A DNA stretch of 59,256 nucleotides, the filler included, from Bipalium vagum (lineage: Eukaryota), in NCBI GenBank assembly GCA_037834085.1. It is 3 parts of 3 records of this genome, joined end to end, with 100 filler letters (N's around TTAATTAATTAA, not from the genome) between each part and the next. Parts side by side here need not be neighbours in the genome. Positions count along the whole stretch, not along the records: positions 1 to 22,158 come from JBBMKC010225995.1; positions 22,259 to 38,535 come from JBBMKC010118650.1; 1 more part is not named here. One strand, given 5' to 3'. The first letter of the stretch is position 1. Each line of letters opens with the position of its first letter. Position numbers and translations under genes: made by a program. Shown here one piece after another: positions 13,101 through 25,310 of this stretch. The notes under the pieces are model-generated. The model saw only the letters and a list, made by a program, of their open reading frames with translations, was not told the DNA's origin and searched no databases.

Positions 13101-16100
13101 TTACTAAATTAATTAATTAAAAATAATAAAACTTAATCAATAAGCTAAAATTACATTTAATAAAAAATTATTGATTTGAATTTTTCTACCATTTCACTAA
13201 AAGAAACTATTTGAAAATCAAATACTTTAATAAAAAATTTTTTAGTTAAAATGAAAGTCAAAGCAAATGTAAACACGTTAGTCTTATTAATTATGTATTA
13301 ATTAATAATACGTGAATACTTTTAATGTAAAAATTGTGATAATAAGCCAATTGTTTTATCAATATAAATATAAATGGCTTATATCTGAACAAAAATGACC
13401 ACGAACAGTAGACCAGGATAATTCGATAATGTTTGCAGAATTCAACTTTATAAAATGTCCCAAATTATTATTATTTGGTTGAAACTTGAACAGTGGAGGT
13501 GGTCTCCGTGAATCGCTCTCGATAATGTATAAATATGAACATTAATAAAATCAGTTAAGATTTTTAAGAAAATGAAAATTGTAAACAATTTTTTAAAAAA
13601 AATATATTTAATAAGAAAATCGACTGTTTATATCGCATTTGCCACACAACAACAAGCAGGTCATGTTAAATGAATATCATACAGATAGGCGGCCACGTTA
13701 TCAAAAGTTATTAGAATTTAGGACACCCGCAGTTATATAATAATAATTATAGTAATAATAATAACAATGATTAATAATAATAAGAAAAAATATAATAATA
13801 ATAATAATGATTAATAATAAAAGTGAATAATAATAATAAAAATAAATATTATATCGTAATAAAATAACATCTCATAAAGTTGAATTTATTACAGTTAATA
13901 ACAAATCATTAACAATATATACTTGAATACTAAAACTGTGCATCAAGGGTATAGGAATTAGAAGTGTAGAACTCATGATTGTAATTTTTGTGAGAAAGGA
14001 AACTAATAACATCTTGGCACAATCATAAAGAGTTTGAGCAACAGGGTTTGGATGACTCTTCTGAAAAGTGAAACGTCATTAATGATAAAAAGTGCAACAT
14101 GTTTTAAACTTTAGACTGATAAGAATCCATTGTTCTTGTGTACTTGTTTGTAAATATGACAACTTCATCTAATCCTAGCCCGATCATGAGAAAAGGAACA
14201 ATCTGGTTGTTGGACATAAAAACAAAACTGTTTTCTACAAACACAAACCTGAGTCGTTAAAGCGGAAAATGTGAATCCTGCAGCCGCTGTCAAACCCAAG
14301 CCGGAAAAGATGGCCGCTTCAAGTAGTAAAGTACTGATTATTGCAAGCCAACAATGTGATCGCACGCAGTTGTCAGTTGAAACGAAAATAACAACAAGGA
14401 ATAGCATCTAACAATAGTTGCAACAATAAATAGAATAATTTCAATAAAGATTTTTATTATTGTTCTAAATGTACTTTTTTTCAGCTTTAACTGTGAATGT
14501 ACAAAATGGAAATTTGAAATCCATTTTCTTTCAATAAATTACTAGGTTGTTCAATGTGAATTTTCGTTTTTTTAATCTTGGGTTTAATCAATCACAAGTC
14601 ATTTTAAAAGAGCTTTTTTAAAGAAAAGTAATCACCATCAGAATCAGTACATTTATTCCATTGTGAAATAAGTTTGTCTATGCCAGTAACATAAAACTCG
14701 GGAATTCTGAAATCGATGAATTGTTGAACAGCGTTTTCAAGTTTGTTTGGTAAAATAATTTTTTTCCTGTAAAAAAACGCCCAAGTGCCTTAAAATACGA
14801 AGGTCAGTTGACGACATATTTGTTGAATAAGGTAGATGAGCCAGAATTCGTAACCAAAATCTTCCAGTTCTTTAACATCAACCGTGAAACATGGTTTCGC
14901 ATTGTTGTGAAATAAAATTGTGCCAATTCGATTCACTAAAGTCAGGTGTTTTCAATGCAGTACTTTATGGCATGGACGGTTTTTTTAAAAATTTACAAAG
15001 AGTTAGTCCAAGTTTTAACCACCAAACAATCATCATTGTCGTCTTTTGATGCAATCTTTATCAATCCATTGCACTGATCGATGATGGTTATCATAAAGTA
15101 TCAATTTATCAATCAAAAAATGGTTCATTTCGATTGCTATTTTACTGCTTTCTTTGACCATGAAGTTGAATGCCAAAAAAGAAGTTCTTTAAACGACACC
15201 ATTGGGAACAAATTATAAATTAGGAAAAATCCCTACATTCATACCGCTTTTTAAGTCATAATTCACAATTTTTATAAGATTTTTGACCCACATAAAACTA
15301 CTTTAATGAGAATATATAACGATTATTTTATAAATAATATTTAGTTAACACGAAAACTAACGACGACGCCGAGGGATATGAAATATTTGACGGGTAATGT
15401 TTCATCATCCTTTGCCTGATTAAGAGCAACGTTCAAAGAATTATTGGTAAAAACATAAAATGAGGATTTTTTGGTTCTTTGGGATTGGAATTTAGGATCT
15501 CGGTAAGCAATGGATTTCAGATACGGTCTCTGCTTGTTGAATTTGATTACGGTCTAAATAAATTTAGTTATATGCTCCCCTGTATGTTTTTGGTGTTTCA
15601 CGTTAAATATATTATGTTTTAAAAAATCATGCGAATAAAAGGCTTACCTTACTCAATTCTTTCAGCCATAAATTTTTTATAGTTTGTACTGTTTTCTCTG
15701 TCCATTGTAAATCTTTATTTGTTAAACTTTGCAAAATATCACTTGAGCTTTTTAACAATAAAATCGATTGCAACCCTTTGTTTTCTTTTCCCAAAAATGT
15801 ATTCTTAGAATATCTGTAGAGGTTTTTTGCAAGTTGATAACATCCTTGATTCACAATTTCTTCAAATCCAATATTCTAATTAAAATTAAAAATATTTTTT
15901 TTAATAAATAATAATTGTTAATTCATTTGAAAATGTCGGGACTTGTTATAATCTAATTACTATGGTGATCCATAAGTTTACACCCTCTATCCCCTAAAAA
16001 TCAAAACTCTGCAAAACTTAAGAGACAAAAACATTATTTCAATAACATTTCTAATAAATCAATGGCAATCATTTATGTAAAATCATTTATTTATTTATTT

Positions 16101-19100
16101 AAAAATCAATTTATTTTATTTTTTTTGATTTTTTAGTAGGAATAATTCCAAAAAAAAATAATTGCACTTATACGAGATTTTTTAATTTTATCAAATTTGT
16201 CAAAAGATTCATATAAATTTTCATATAAATCGACACTGGTTTCAATAATCGCCAAAATATTACGGGAAAATATAATTTTGATATTTATATTTTTTTTATT
16301 TCCATCATTTTAAATTAATCTTCCATGAATATTTTGAATGTGTCAATGTCCACGACTGAAATTTATGAAAAAAATCCGACAGTCAAAATTTTGGGACTAT
16401 CAGACAATTCTACGAATCATAAAAATTTTTTTTCGGAATTAAATTTGGTCAATTGAGATTCAACTATAATTTCACATAATTATAATTTATTATCGGTCTC
16501 ATTACTTTTCAATAAAGTCTCTTAACGATTAAAATCAATTATCACCTCTTCTTGGGAAAACAGAAAATTAGGAATATAAATAATTGGTTGGTAAACCTAA
16601 AATGATTTATTTCTCAAATAGTTACTAATTAATACTTTTTCGATATTTCCTCCAATTTTCATTAACTGTTCATGAAATGGTGAAGTCATTATTGACCGAT
16701 ATTTTTAATTATTTTTTCAGTTATAATTATTTTTCTACTTTCTCGTTTCTTCTTCGCTGTTTTATTGTTATTTTTTTTATTTATTATTATTTTATAAAAA
16801 TTATAAATTGTGCTTTCTTCATAGAGCAATACAAGTTATATTAATATATTTCCATGATAATTAAGCTGTAAAAGATTCCATTATTCGTTTATCATTCTAT
16901 GAAATATATAACTACACTTTAACATGGGTTTTTTTTTAAGCAAAATTAGAATTGCATCTCTTATTAGTCGGCAAGAAAAGGGCTTTTGGTTATTAAGCGA
17001 TGGTTTATTTCAAAACGCTGAAAACTTTCTCCAAACAGAAATTGTTGATCTTTGTGGATCTTTGTTGATCTGACTGTCATTTTTCTAGAATTTCGACGAA
17101 AATAAAAAAAATGTTTACATATCACAACGAATATCGATTGATAAAGAAGATTCGTTTGAAAAAATTTCGATAAACAGATAAAATTTATTCTCGATTCGAA
17201 TGACGATTGAACCGGTGATTTGGCAACCAACATATCGGTTTACCGAAAACCGAGCTAGCAATATATCGCAGAGATTTTAGTAAATATTTTATCATGTGAA
17301 ATTTTATCATGTATTTTGGAAAATATGAGACTCCAGGGAAGAATAATCTGGCCACAAGCCAAATATATTAAAATGACAACAATATTTCGTTAAGGAAAAA
17401 TAATGTTTACAAGAAAGCGTAATATTAAATTCTATTTCCATTGCATAAAAACCCACGAAAAGATTTGGGACAAGAACCAAACGCCATGTTTCGTAATTTG
17501 GATTTCGTAGCCAAAATGATCGATGTAAAGATTAACTATGAAGAAAGAAAATTTTTCAGCAATTTTAATATAATAAATTTTTTTAATTAAATAAAGATTT
17601 GCAAAGTTTTTACGACCGTTTCTAAGTTGATCTATATTATTGGAACCAGTTTACCACGTGTTTAAGATTGCGTGCAATTTATGTAGGAGTTATTTCAAAT
17701 CAGTTTTGTGAATTAGGAAAATTAATTAATTAATTAGCAGAATGACTTGTATTTGCTATCATTAATTAAACCTATGTAAAATTATTTGTGCATTTATATT
17801 TAATTTATAAAATAATAATTTTCATTTTATTGTGATTTTCTACATTTAATTCAAATTATTTATTATTATATCTAAATATGGAATATTTTTTCAATTTATC
17901 AATAATTTCTAAATATTAAATAAAAATAATAAAAAGAAAAATATATTTCACAGTAAATTATGAAAAAAAGAATTACTAAAATTTATTTCCACACCCATAA
18001 AAATTATATATATATTCTAATAATAAATAATTTACATATAAATAAAATAATTTACACAAATTACAAAAATTTAAAAATATATTTCTAAGATATGTAATCA
18101 TGTTTTTTAAATAATATATATTACAAAATTATTTATGATTTCATAATAATAATTTTTAATATTTCACATAATATTTATTTTTCATTTTTTAAAATTTTTA
18201 TTTCTACTTGATATTATTATTATTATTATTATTAATTATTATTAATTATTATTATTATTATTATTATTATGATTTATTATTATTATTAATAATTGTCATC
18301 ATTATTATTATTTATTTATTATTTATTTTTCTGAACAATTATTATTTTAATGTCATAAATTAACTACAAAAAAATCAACCACATACCTTAATCTTTTTGT
18401 TCGGACAAAGTTGATCGGTTACGTCAATACACGGCTTGTTCATATATCCATTACTTATACCAGCTTCTTTAAATAAAGTTACAAAAAAATTATAGTACCA
18501 ATCGTTCTTGAATGCGATAAGGAAATCAGAAAAATTAAGGGAGCTCCAATTTATTGAAGGATAATCCCTAAAAAAGGAAATTGAATAAACAAAGAATTTT
18601 TGTGATCAGTTGTAAAAAATAAAACAAAAATCTAACTCATTTCTTGATATGCTGCTTCTAGAATCATGTTCAACTAGTTTGGATCCCTCCCAAAAGCAAT
18701 TTAACGGCGTAATGATTCTACACGGCATAATCTTTACAATACGACTCTGAATTAAACTATTATAAATTCACATGGTCCGTTCAGTTTAATAAACAAAAAT
18801 ATAAAATCCAACGTGGTAAATTATGAATCGAATTGTGAAAGTCTAACCCGTAAATCCTTGTCGACATATTGAATATTTGGAAATTCTATTCTCTGACAGA
18901 ACTCGCGGAATGAGAAAGTCCTGGATGACAAAAAATGATCTGAAATGAGAAGATCACATTAAGATCACTACCTTCCATCATACTGCAGTGTTAAATTTGT
19001 AATCATTTTTAATAATTGCAAATGCTCCAGTAAATATTGTGGGGACAAAAGGTTATCCACTGATACTTGAATAATAGTTTCAAAAGAGCCCGGATCGATC

Positions 19101-19910
19101 TGAGTACCAGATATGTGAGACATATACGTTGTTTCGTTATGCAGTCGAGAAGAATCTAAATGCACCAATAATTTAAAAAAAATAAAAAAATAATTGTAAT
19201 AACATGAATTTTTTATACACCCATTCCCCATTTTGAAATAAAATCACAAACAACAGTGAAAACATGACCGTTTGAAATTAATTAATATAAAATAAATAAA
19301 TATCAGTCAGTCCTGGTATCAAATCTTAAATGGAAATAAATAATGAGCAAAAATGAAAAACAAAGAAAAAATGTGAAATAAAAGTAACAATGATAATATT
19401 GACAATGGCTAATTACTAAGTAGACTTGACAAATATATATTTAATGTCTGTGAATTTCAAGAATCCTTCGCATACCGTGTAATAAAATTTTCTGAATCAA
19501 GAAAAATCTAATTTTAAAAGATACATAAAATTAAGTGACATTTGATCAAAAATTTCGATTTGAATAAAAATTTTAAAAAATTCAGTTAGGCTTATTATTT
19601 ATTTTTAAATGATCCTGGTACAAATACATATCTCCACACAATATCATAGTTGATCATCATTTCTCTTCAGTCCTATGCTACACCCGGTGTACGAGAAGTA
19701 GTGTAAAATTCGGAAATAGCAACATATATCTGAAATAAGTCATAAATAATAAAATTTGACATCGCATTTTTTCTTCTTTTTATCTTTTGGAAAACTGGCA
19801 GATTGGTATCGAATATCAGGTTAAGGATCACCGGTTTAATTGTTGAATTCCCATTAAATCTGTCAGGATAATTGGTTAGAGTCACATCATTTAGACAATT
19901 TCCATATTGA
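4134..19910 (-). CDS. ptc: Patched (Hedgehog receptor, RND/SSD family), divergent, multi-exon; 5' end uncertain
   Basis: Phase-compatible GT-AG exons (minus): 19155-18972 (SSRLHNETTY...NLLSPQYLLEHL), 18920-18848, 18746-18637 (PCRIITPLNCFWEGSKL), 18567-18387 (GYMNKPCIDVTDQLCP), 15875-15648 (QGCYQLA...), 15553-15362, 14407-14249 (GLGLTAAAGFTFSALTTQ), 14202-14110 (IVPFLMIGLGLDEV), 14060-13923 (LIPIPLMHSFSIQ), 12294-11374 (YPCLLHLDSIRRQDNRIDLLCC; NFWLSSFISWLQNIQKDFD), 10688-10398, 9441-8879 (PTGNIFSLSEQY, TM8-11), 4716-4218 (QHFF, TM12, C-tail). A probable 33-nt last exon is at 4166-4134. The motifs are collinear with PTCH1/Drosophila Ptc. The N-terminal/TM1 exon(s) probably lie in 19220-19910 but were not resolved. 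Confidence 0.93.
5228..5507 (+). mobile_element. Mariner (Mos1-like) 5' fragment in Patched intron
   Basis: TA|ttaggtgtaccattaaataatactga TIR. FILGKEHLHGVMTHYFIMGKTSEETYRILREVYGEHAP is the mariner N-terminal HTH. Confidence 0.85.
7546..8415 (+). mobile_element. Penelope-like retroelement relic (GIY-YIG endonuclease) flanked by inverted repeats
   Basis: ORF 7964-8287 NIVYKFQCHGCGHLYIGETQCHLKTRISEH...RKICESLII is a Penelope-type GIY-YIG. Upstream KIPYSEG is a linker motif. Degenerate inverted repeat 7546-7618 / 8343-8415. Confidence 0.85.
9540..9930 (-). mobile_element. piggyBac transposase C-terminal relic
   Basis: IWKKSFHHVTDMNYMLLYR resembles WWKKLFFHLLDMxxxNAYLLYR. Downstream SDKWHRIIYRPESRCCFCQHK resembles the start of the Cys-rich domain. 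Confidence 0.55.
12405..12766 (+). mobile_element. Mariner 5' fragment in Patched intron
   Basis: TA|ttaggcgtatgcataagttcg TIR. From ATG 12587: MEVDKMHIRHCMLFLFNQSKTSAEATQIICITY...R*FGRFKIRDFDLND (mariner HTH with a stop). Confidence 0.85.
14542..15210 (-). mobile_element. Mariner 3' half relic in Patched intron
   Basis: Minus strand HNNAKP (HDNARPH), HLPYSTNMSSTD (HPPYSPDLAPSD) and EFYVTGIDKLISQWNKCTDSDGDYFS*. TIR TA|ctaggttgttcaatgtgaa matches the 3344 TIR family. Confidence 0.85.
17000..17560 (+). mobile_element. Possible heavily decayed Tc1-like relic
   Basis: ILSCILENMRLQGRII resembles Tc1 TIxRxLxxxGLxGRxA, and HCIKPTKRFG resembles PTVKHG. Many stops. Confidence 0.35.
18210..18330. repeat. 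Imperfect (TTA)n microsatellite
   Basis: Interrupted TTA/TAT run in a Patched intron. Confidence 0.85.
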
Positions 19911-20772
19911 CTAAAATAATTATAACAAATACTAAAACCGGTGAATTATTTATTCGATGACAAGCTTATTAGGAATTGTTATCAATAATGACATGAAATA
20001 TTGAAAACTTCATTATTTTGATGAAAATAAAATAATCGCAAAACAATTAATTGATTATTTTATTAATTAATCGACTTTATTGTCTTTTGTTTTTTAATAA
20101 TTGCATTGGCGATTTTTTCCAATTTTTACACTGAAAAATCTTTTACCCAATATTAGTTTTACTAATATTTCTTCCATTCTATGAAATTTTCAATTTTCCC
20201 TTTCCATTTACTATTTCCATTTAATTTAAAACTTGGAAAACAGATTGCTTTCAGATTAAGTAAGATACTTTTCCCGTAAATTTCAATGGAACCAATGAAT
20301 ATTTTGTTCTGGCTTCAAGATTTCTTGATATCCCAAGGACTCATTCTCTATGAAGCTCATATAATTATCCTTTGTCCAGTCTTGCGACTCGAAGAAAAGA
20401 TTAAAAGTTTCGTTTAACTTAAAGTTTCTTTTATTGTTTCTATATATAATACTGGTTTTTTCTTTTATTTTTATTATAATTCGCTTTTTTACTCTATAAA
20501 TATATTAACTTAATCTTTTAAGGACTCTAAAACCACTATATTTCCATACCAATTCATATTGGTAAGATCAGTAAGAAAGAATTGTATTATTGGAAAATTC
20601 AGATTTTTCCAAAGACAATTTTAAATAATATAGCGTTTACAATACGGCACTTATAATTAAATTTTAAATATTTTTTGTTTTAAATATTACAATATCAATA
20701 TGATTTTAAAATTAAGAATTCTCATTATCTGATTACACTACTTATAAGCCTGGATGGTTGTAAAATTAAATA

Positions 20773-20945
20773 CAGTTAAACCGGTTTAAGTTGAACATCA
20801 TGGGACCAATATTCCGCTTTTGTTCAAATAAAAAAATGTTTAACATACGCAGAAAACTTTTTTTAATTAAATGTGTACATTTAAAATTGGTTCATTCCTA
20901 AAAGTTTTCAACGTAAAAAGTGTTCATCTTGAACATGTTTGACTG
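20773..20945. mobile_element. pogo/Tigger-type MITE
   Basis: Imperfect TIRs cagttaaaccggtttaagttgaaca / tgttcatcttgaacatgtttgactg, with TA on the left. Confidence 0.7.
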
Positions 20946-21699
20946 CACAATTTTATGATAAATGTATTGAGGATTTTACTTCACTGTGTTAAGTCTCAAC
21001 TTCTGCTTATCGTGGTATCCTTTTCCTTTTCGTATTTTAATTCATTTTAATATAATTAAATTTATTTAATTTTTTTAATTTTATTTAATTTTAATTAAAT
21101 TAATGATATCTTATCATATGAAAAATAATTTCTTCGCCTATTATCAATTATTGGTGACATAAAATTTAGTAATAACTATGACATCAAAGATTGTCACTTT
21201 CTTAGCAATAGACGAAGGATTTTACACCAAAAAATTGTATAAAAATGACTTTGGGAGGAAAATTGTTCAGAAAAAATGAAGTTTAAAGCTTAATTAAACT
21301 CCCTTAATATTTTTTGTTTAACTAAAGAAAAATATATTCTATTAGACTATCACTACAGAAATTTATAAGAAATAAGACCATTTAAAAATCAATTGAACAG
21401 GTAAATTATATTATTAATAATAATATTATTATATTAATAATTTTAACAAAATAAAAATATCCAATATTATTATTTCGCTACTATGATAAATATTATTACA
21501 TTGATAGCCATCATCAATTTATCAAAGTGAATTAATCGGAATTTTTATGAGAAATGTTGACGAATTACCCAAATTGTTATTAGTGGAGACTGGCTATGAT
21601 AAAACCTTTGATAATTGGAATCTCCGTGAAAGATCGGAAATAGCAGACTAAAAAGGATGACGATGATGAAATTCATTATTGTCATTGTTAATTAATTTT

Positions 21700-22075
21700 A
21701 TGTTATAAGTGCGGTGAAAATGTTAAAGCCACTGTATGCATGCACATTGAGTGGATTTGTGTGTATTTTCATGTAATCCAATAGATGACTGCAAACCGTC
21801 ACACTGGTACATTTTCATCAAGGTGTTTGCGTGCCCATCTAACAAGCCCTATTGTGCCACCTACACGGACGTTGTATCAGTGTGATGCACGGGAACAAGT
21901 GGCTGCATGTCATCATCACAGGTATATCGTTTGTTGTCGTCAGGCGGCTGTGGTAGGTCGTTAGAAAATTGGCCGTAGCAACAGACTGCATTAGTTTAGA
22001 ACTACATGAGTACAGAATGACCTTACATAGAGTTGTTATCGGTTTATCTAACTGACAGCTATCATTTACCATTTA
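21700..22075 (-). mobile_element. GC-rich Tc1-like transposase relic
   Basis: Minus strand QRPCRWHNRAC / RWARKHL resembles Tc1 RRPxxxPxLxxxHxxARLxWAxxH. About 50% GC over 21841-21960 (62/120 counted). Confidence 0.55.
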
Positions 22076-22082
22076 TACTCAG

Positions 22083-22137
<55 letters not shown>

Positions 22138-22158
22138 TTATTATTATTATTATTATTA
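22083..22158. repeat. (TTA)n microsatellite at contig end
   Basis: Near-perfect TTA run abutting the N gap. Confidence 0.95.
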
Positions 22159-22258
22159 NNNNNNNNNNNNNNNNNNNNNNNNNNNNNNNNNNNNNNNNNN
22201 NNTTAATTAATTAANNNNNNNNNNNNNNNNNNNNNNNNNNNNNNNNNNNNNNNNNNNN
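22159..22258. other. Artificial 100-nt assembly spacer (N44-TTAATTAATTAA-N44)
   Basis: Ns flank a palindromic six-frame stop linker at 22203-22214. An identical structure is at 38536-38635. Confidence 0.95.
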
Positions 22259-23074
22259 GGTTAATGCTTTTGAAGCATTTGGCTCGGTAGCAGATAGACC
22301 AAAATCTGGACGACCTCGATCTGCGCGTATACCTGGAAATATTGCAAGTACACGAGAAAGCATTGAAGACAATAAATGCATCTCAATCAGTCATAGAGCA
22401 TAGTGTTTTTTAATAAAAATAGTGTTTAATAAACAAAATAGTGTCAGTGTTTTTAATAAACAAAATTGTCGAATTTGGGCAACAAAGCAACCCTATTTTT
22501 GAAGGAAGATGCCTTACATTCGCCAAAAGTTACTGTATGATGTGGAATATGAGATGTAATTGGTCCATACATTTTCGAAAATGCTGCAAGTAAAACAGTT
22601 ACAGTAACGGGAGAGAGATATCGATAGAAACATTCTTTAAGCCTTATCTGAATGATTTTAAAGTGGAGAATATTTACTTTCAGAAAGATGGTGCCACATC
22701 CCATACAAATAGAAAAACAATTGCATTATAACACTAAACTTTTCCATCTGGCATGATCTCACTTTTCGGCGATGTTGATTGGTCATCCTAATTTGACGGC
22801 TCTAGACTATTTCTTATGGGGATATCTAAAAGATAAAGTTTCTATTAATCAACCAAAAACTATAACACAACGCAAAGACAACATTTAGGAACAAATTGCT
22901 ATGATCTCAATTGACTTATGCCAAAAAGTTATGCAAAATTCCATTAAAAAAGCCCAAACTTGTAAGGCTACCAAAGGCAATTTTGGTAAAACGTACAATG
23001 TGCGTAAAAAGTCAGTTCATCCACTGTAAAAATACAAATTTTAAATGACAGATACATTTTGGACAGAACTTGTA
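22259..23074 (+). mobile_element. Tc1/mariner-superfamily (DD41D/DUF4817-like) transposon relic, internally deleted
   Basis: FGSVADRPKSGRPRSARIPGNI, NKQNCRIWA, LHSPKVTV*CGI, VIGPYIFEN, VTVTGERYR, YFQKDGATSH and LDYFLWGYLKDKV. Probable terminus ...cattttggacagaacttg|TA. Confidence 0.85.
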
Positions 23075-23299
23075 TTTTACATACATGTAATATTATGAAC
23101 AGATAATAAGCGATTATCTTATCTCATACGGATCCTGTTTTCAGATATTTCTTCCAAACAGTCTGTCTCAGTCTTGTTGCACTTTTTACGTAATTCGCGA
23201 GCTATTTCTTTCCAAAATTTTCCATTATTCCGTAATATAACGATTACATTTCTTTCAAATTCTGTTAAATTTATAAACTTTACGCGAGCTGTATTATTC

Positions 23300-23600
23300 A
23301 GGTTGAGAGTGAAGATTTTATAATTGACACAGGCTTAAAAGATTTTTTAGAAATTCAGTTTGTTGAAGATCCTATCCATATCAAAGAATATTTTGCAGCA
23401 ATACTCGTGAAAATAGGTTTTGTAATAATACAAGACATGCGACATGATTTTCAATTTTGTCTATTGAATATTCATTTTTCATGAAATATCAACTTACCTC
23501 AGCCTGCATAGAAAGAAGTTTCTCCATGCTAAATAAGCTTTTTGTTAAAGATAGAAAATTTGCTCCTGGTAACATAAAATATAATAATTTTTATTATTAA
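23300..23600 (+). mobile_element. hAT-like transposase C-terminal relic
   Basis: TSACIERSFSMLNKLFVKDRKF matches the TSxxxERSFS dimerisation motif. Confidence 0.65.
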
Positions 23601-24059
23601 TCTAATAATTAATTATTATTTAAAATGTCAAAAAATTATTATCATAAAATCAAAAGCCAAACAATTTTTTTTAGAAGTAAACACATTTTTTACAATTTAT
23701 AAAATATACATGATTATCCTTAATGGAATGTAAATATTTCAGCCTTGGATTGTTTTCATTTTCTCACAAATACAAATATTGCCAAATTTGGCTTTATTGA
23801 CCTAACGTCCTTTCTAACAACTAATAAGATATTTAATATTGTCTGAAATAATGTACACTATTTCTCACCTATGGATTCAATGTCCCTATTGCCTAGCTGA
23901 AGAAGATTATATCATATTTCCTTCTATTGATAACATAACTATCCAGTTGAGAAATAAATATTTTGCAAATCTAACTCTCATAAGTCCAAATACACATAGC
24001 ATCATATATTTACTTTTCATAGAAAAAAGACAAAAATTTTAAGATTTATTGTAACTTAA

Positions 24060-24300
24060 CCTTTTCGCTGCGCAATTCGTTTTGAGATTTTGTGCCTGCT
24101 GTGCGCATTTATTTTAGTAGCCTTAAATACGTATTAAACAGCAAAAATAATCGTATAGAGCAGAAAACATGAATAATACATAGTAAAAATAGTCGTATTG
24201 AGCAGCTAACTAATTTAAAACTAAGCGCGAAAATATTCGTCGGGAGCGTATGATACAAAAGTTTTTTTTGCGAATATATACGTGTGGAGTAGCGAAAGGG
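24060..24300. mobile_element. piggyBac-type MITE
   Basis: TTAA|ccttttcgct ... agcgaaaggg|TTAA: TTAA target duplication plus short TIRs. Confidence 0.85.
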
Positions 24301-24979
24301 TTAAATCTTGGAGAAGTTGGTTATCATTACTTAAAAAAATTGCTAACACCTCTTAACATTATCAAATACAATCTTCTTCAATTCCAGAAATTTTCATTAA
24401 GATGCCACATATTTTTAAATCAGTTTACTTGACAGTACTTAAAATGACATTAAAGTATTTATTTACAAAAAGAAAATATATTCAATGAATTTTGATATGC
24501 ATAATAATTCTAGCGTTTTGTATTTAACAGAGTCAAATTATGACCACTCTATTCACTTCACACAAAGTGGTTGGCTGACTTGTATTATTTCAACACCGAT
24601 ATTCTTACCTCGATGAAACCCATATTAGCATGAAGAAAAGACTTCATTCAGAATTAAATATATCTAATTGCAAAAATAATGCTCACACTTTAAATAACAA
24701 AAAATAATAGAACTACATTTCCAATGTCAAAAGTAAGCGGAAATTGACAAAAGTATTCAATTTATTTGACTCACAAATTTTCGAAATTTTAATTTTTACA
24801 ATTGGACAAGATTTTCCAGTTTCGGAAAAATGGAAATTGGCTGCCCGTATTACTGCTTAACGCTATAATGAATAACTTATTATCATTTATATCAAATGTT
24901 AGCCTGTGAAATGTAACCTTAAAGATATCACTTTCCAATGATGACATAACCATGTTAAATCAATGTTACTAATTCACAA

Positions 24980-25310
24980 TACCCGTGCGAATTACAAATT
25001 TTCGTTGCTCGCAACAGACGACATAAACAAAACCGGTTCTCCTCTACCATTTCTGACATTTCTTCTGTCCTTAACGTCCAAATTTCTAAATTAAACCAAC
25101 TAATCTCACTGCAGCTAATCATTTACCAACTCATCCTTTCTCAAACCTTCAGTTTCCATGATCAAATATGGCATTCGAAACGTTCTGGTGAAATTTAGTT
25201 GATTGTATTTGTTCTTAATTTGGCCATTTTTCGATTCTCTCAACAATAAGTACGCATTCAAAAATGAGACTTCATTAACATAAAACTTCTTAAAATACCA
25301 CACGCGCACA
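24980..25310 (-). mobile_element. piggyBac transposase C-terminal relic
   Basis: RVWYFKKFYVNEVSFLNAYLL...QLNF, followed by degenerate Cys-rich QKKCQKW*RRTGFVYVVCCE. Confidence 0.6.

Noticed and set aside
22203-22214. TTAATTAATTAA as a biological motif or piggyBac footprint
   Set aside because: It is centred in N runs and repeated identically at 38580, so it is an assembly linker.
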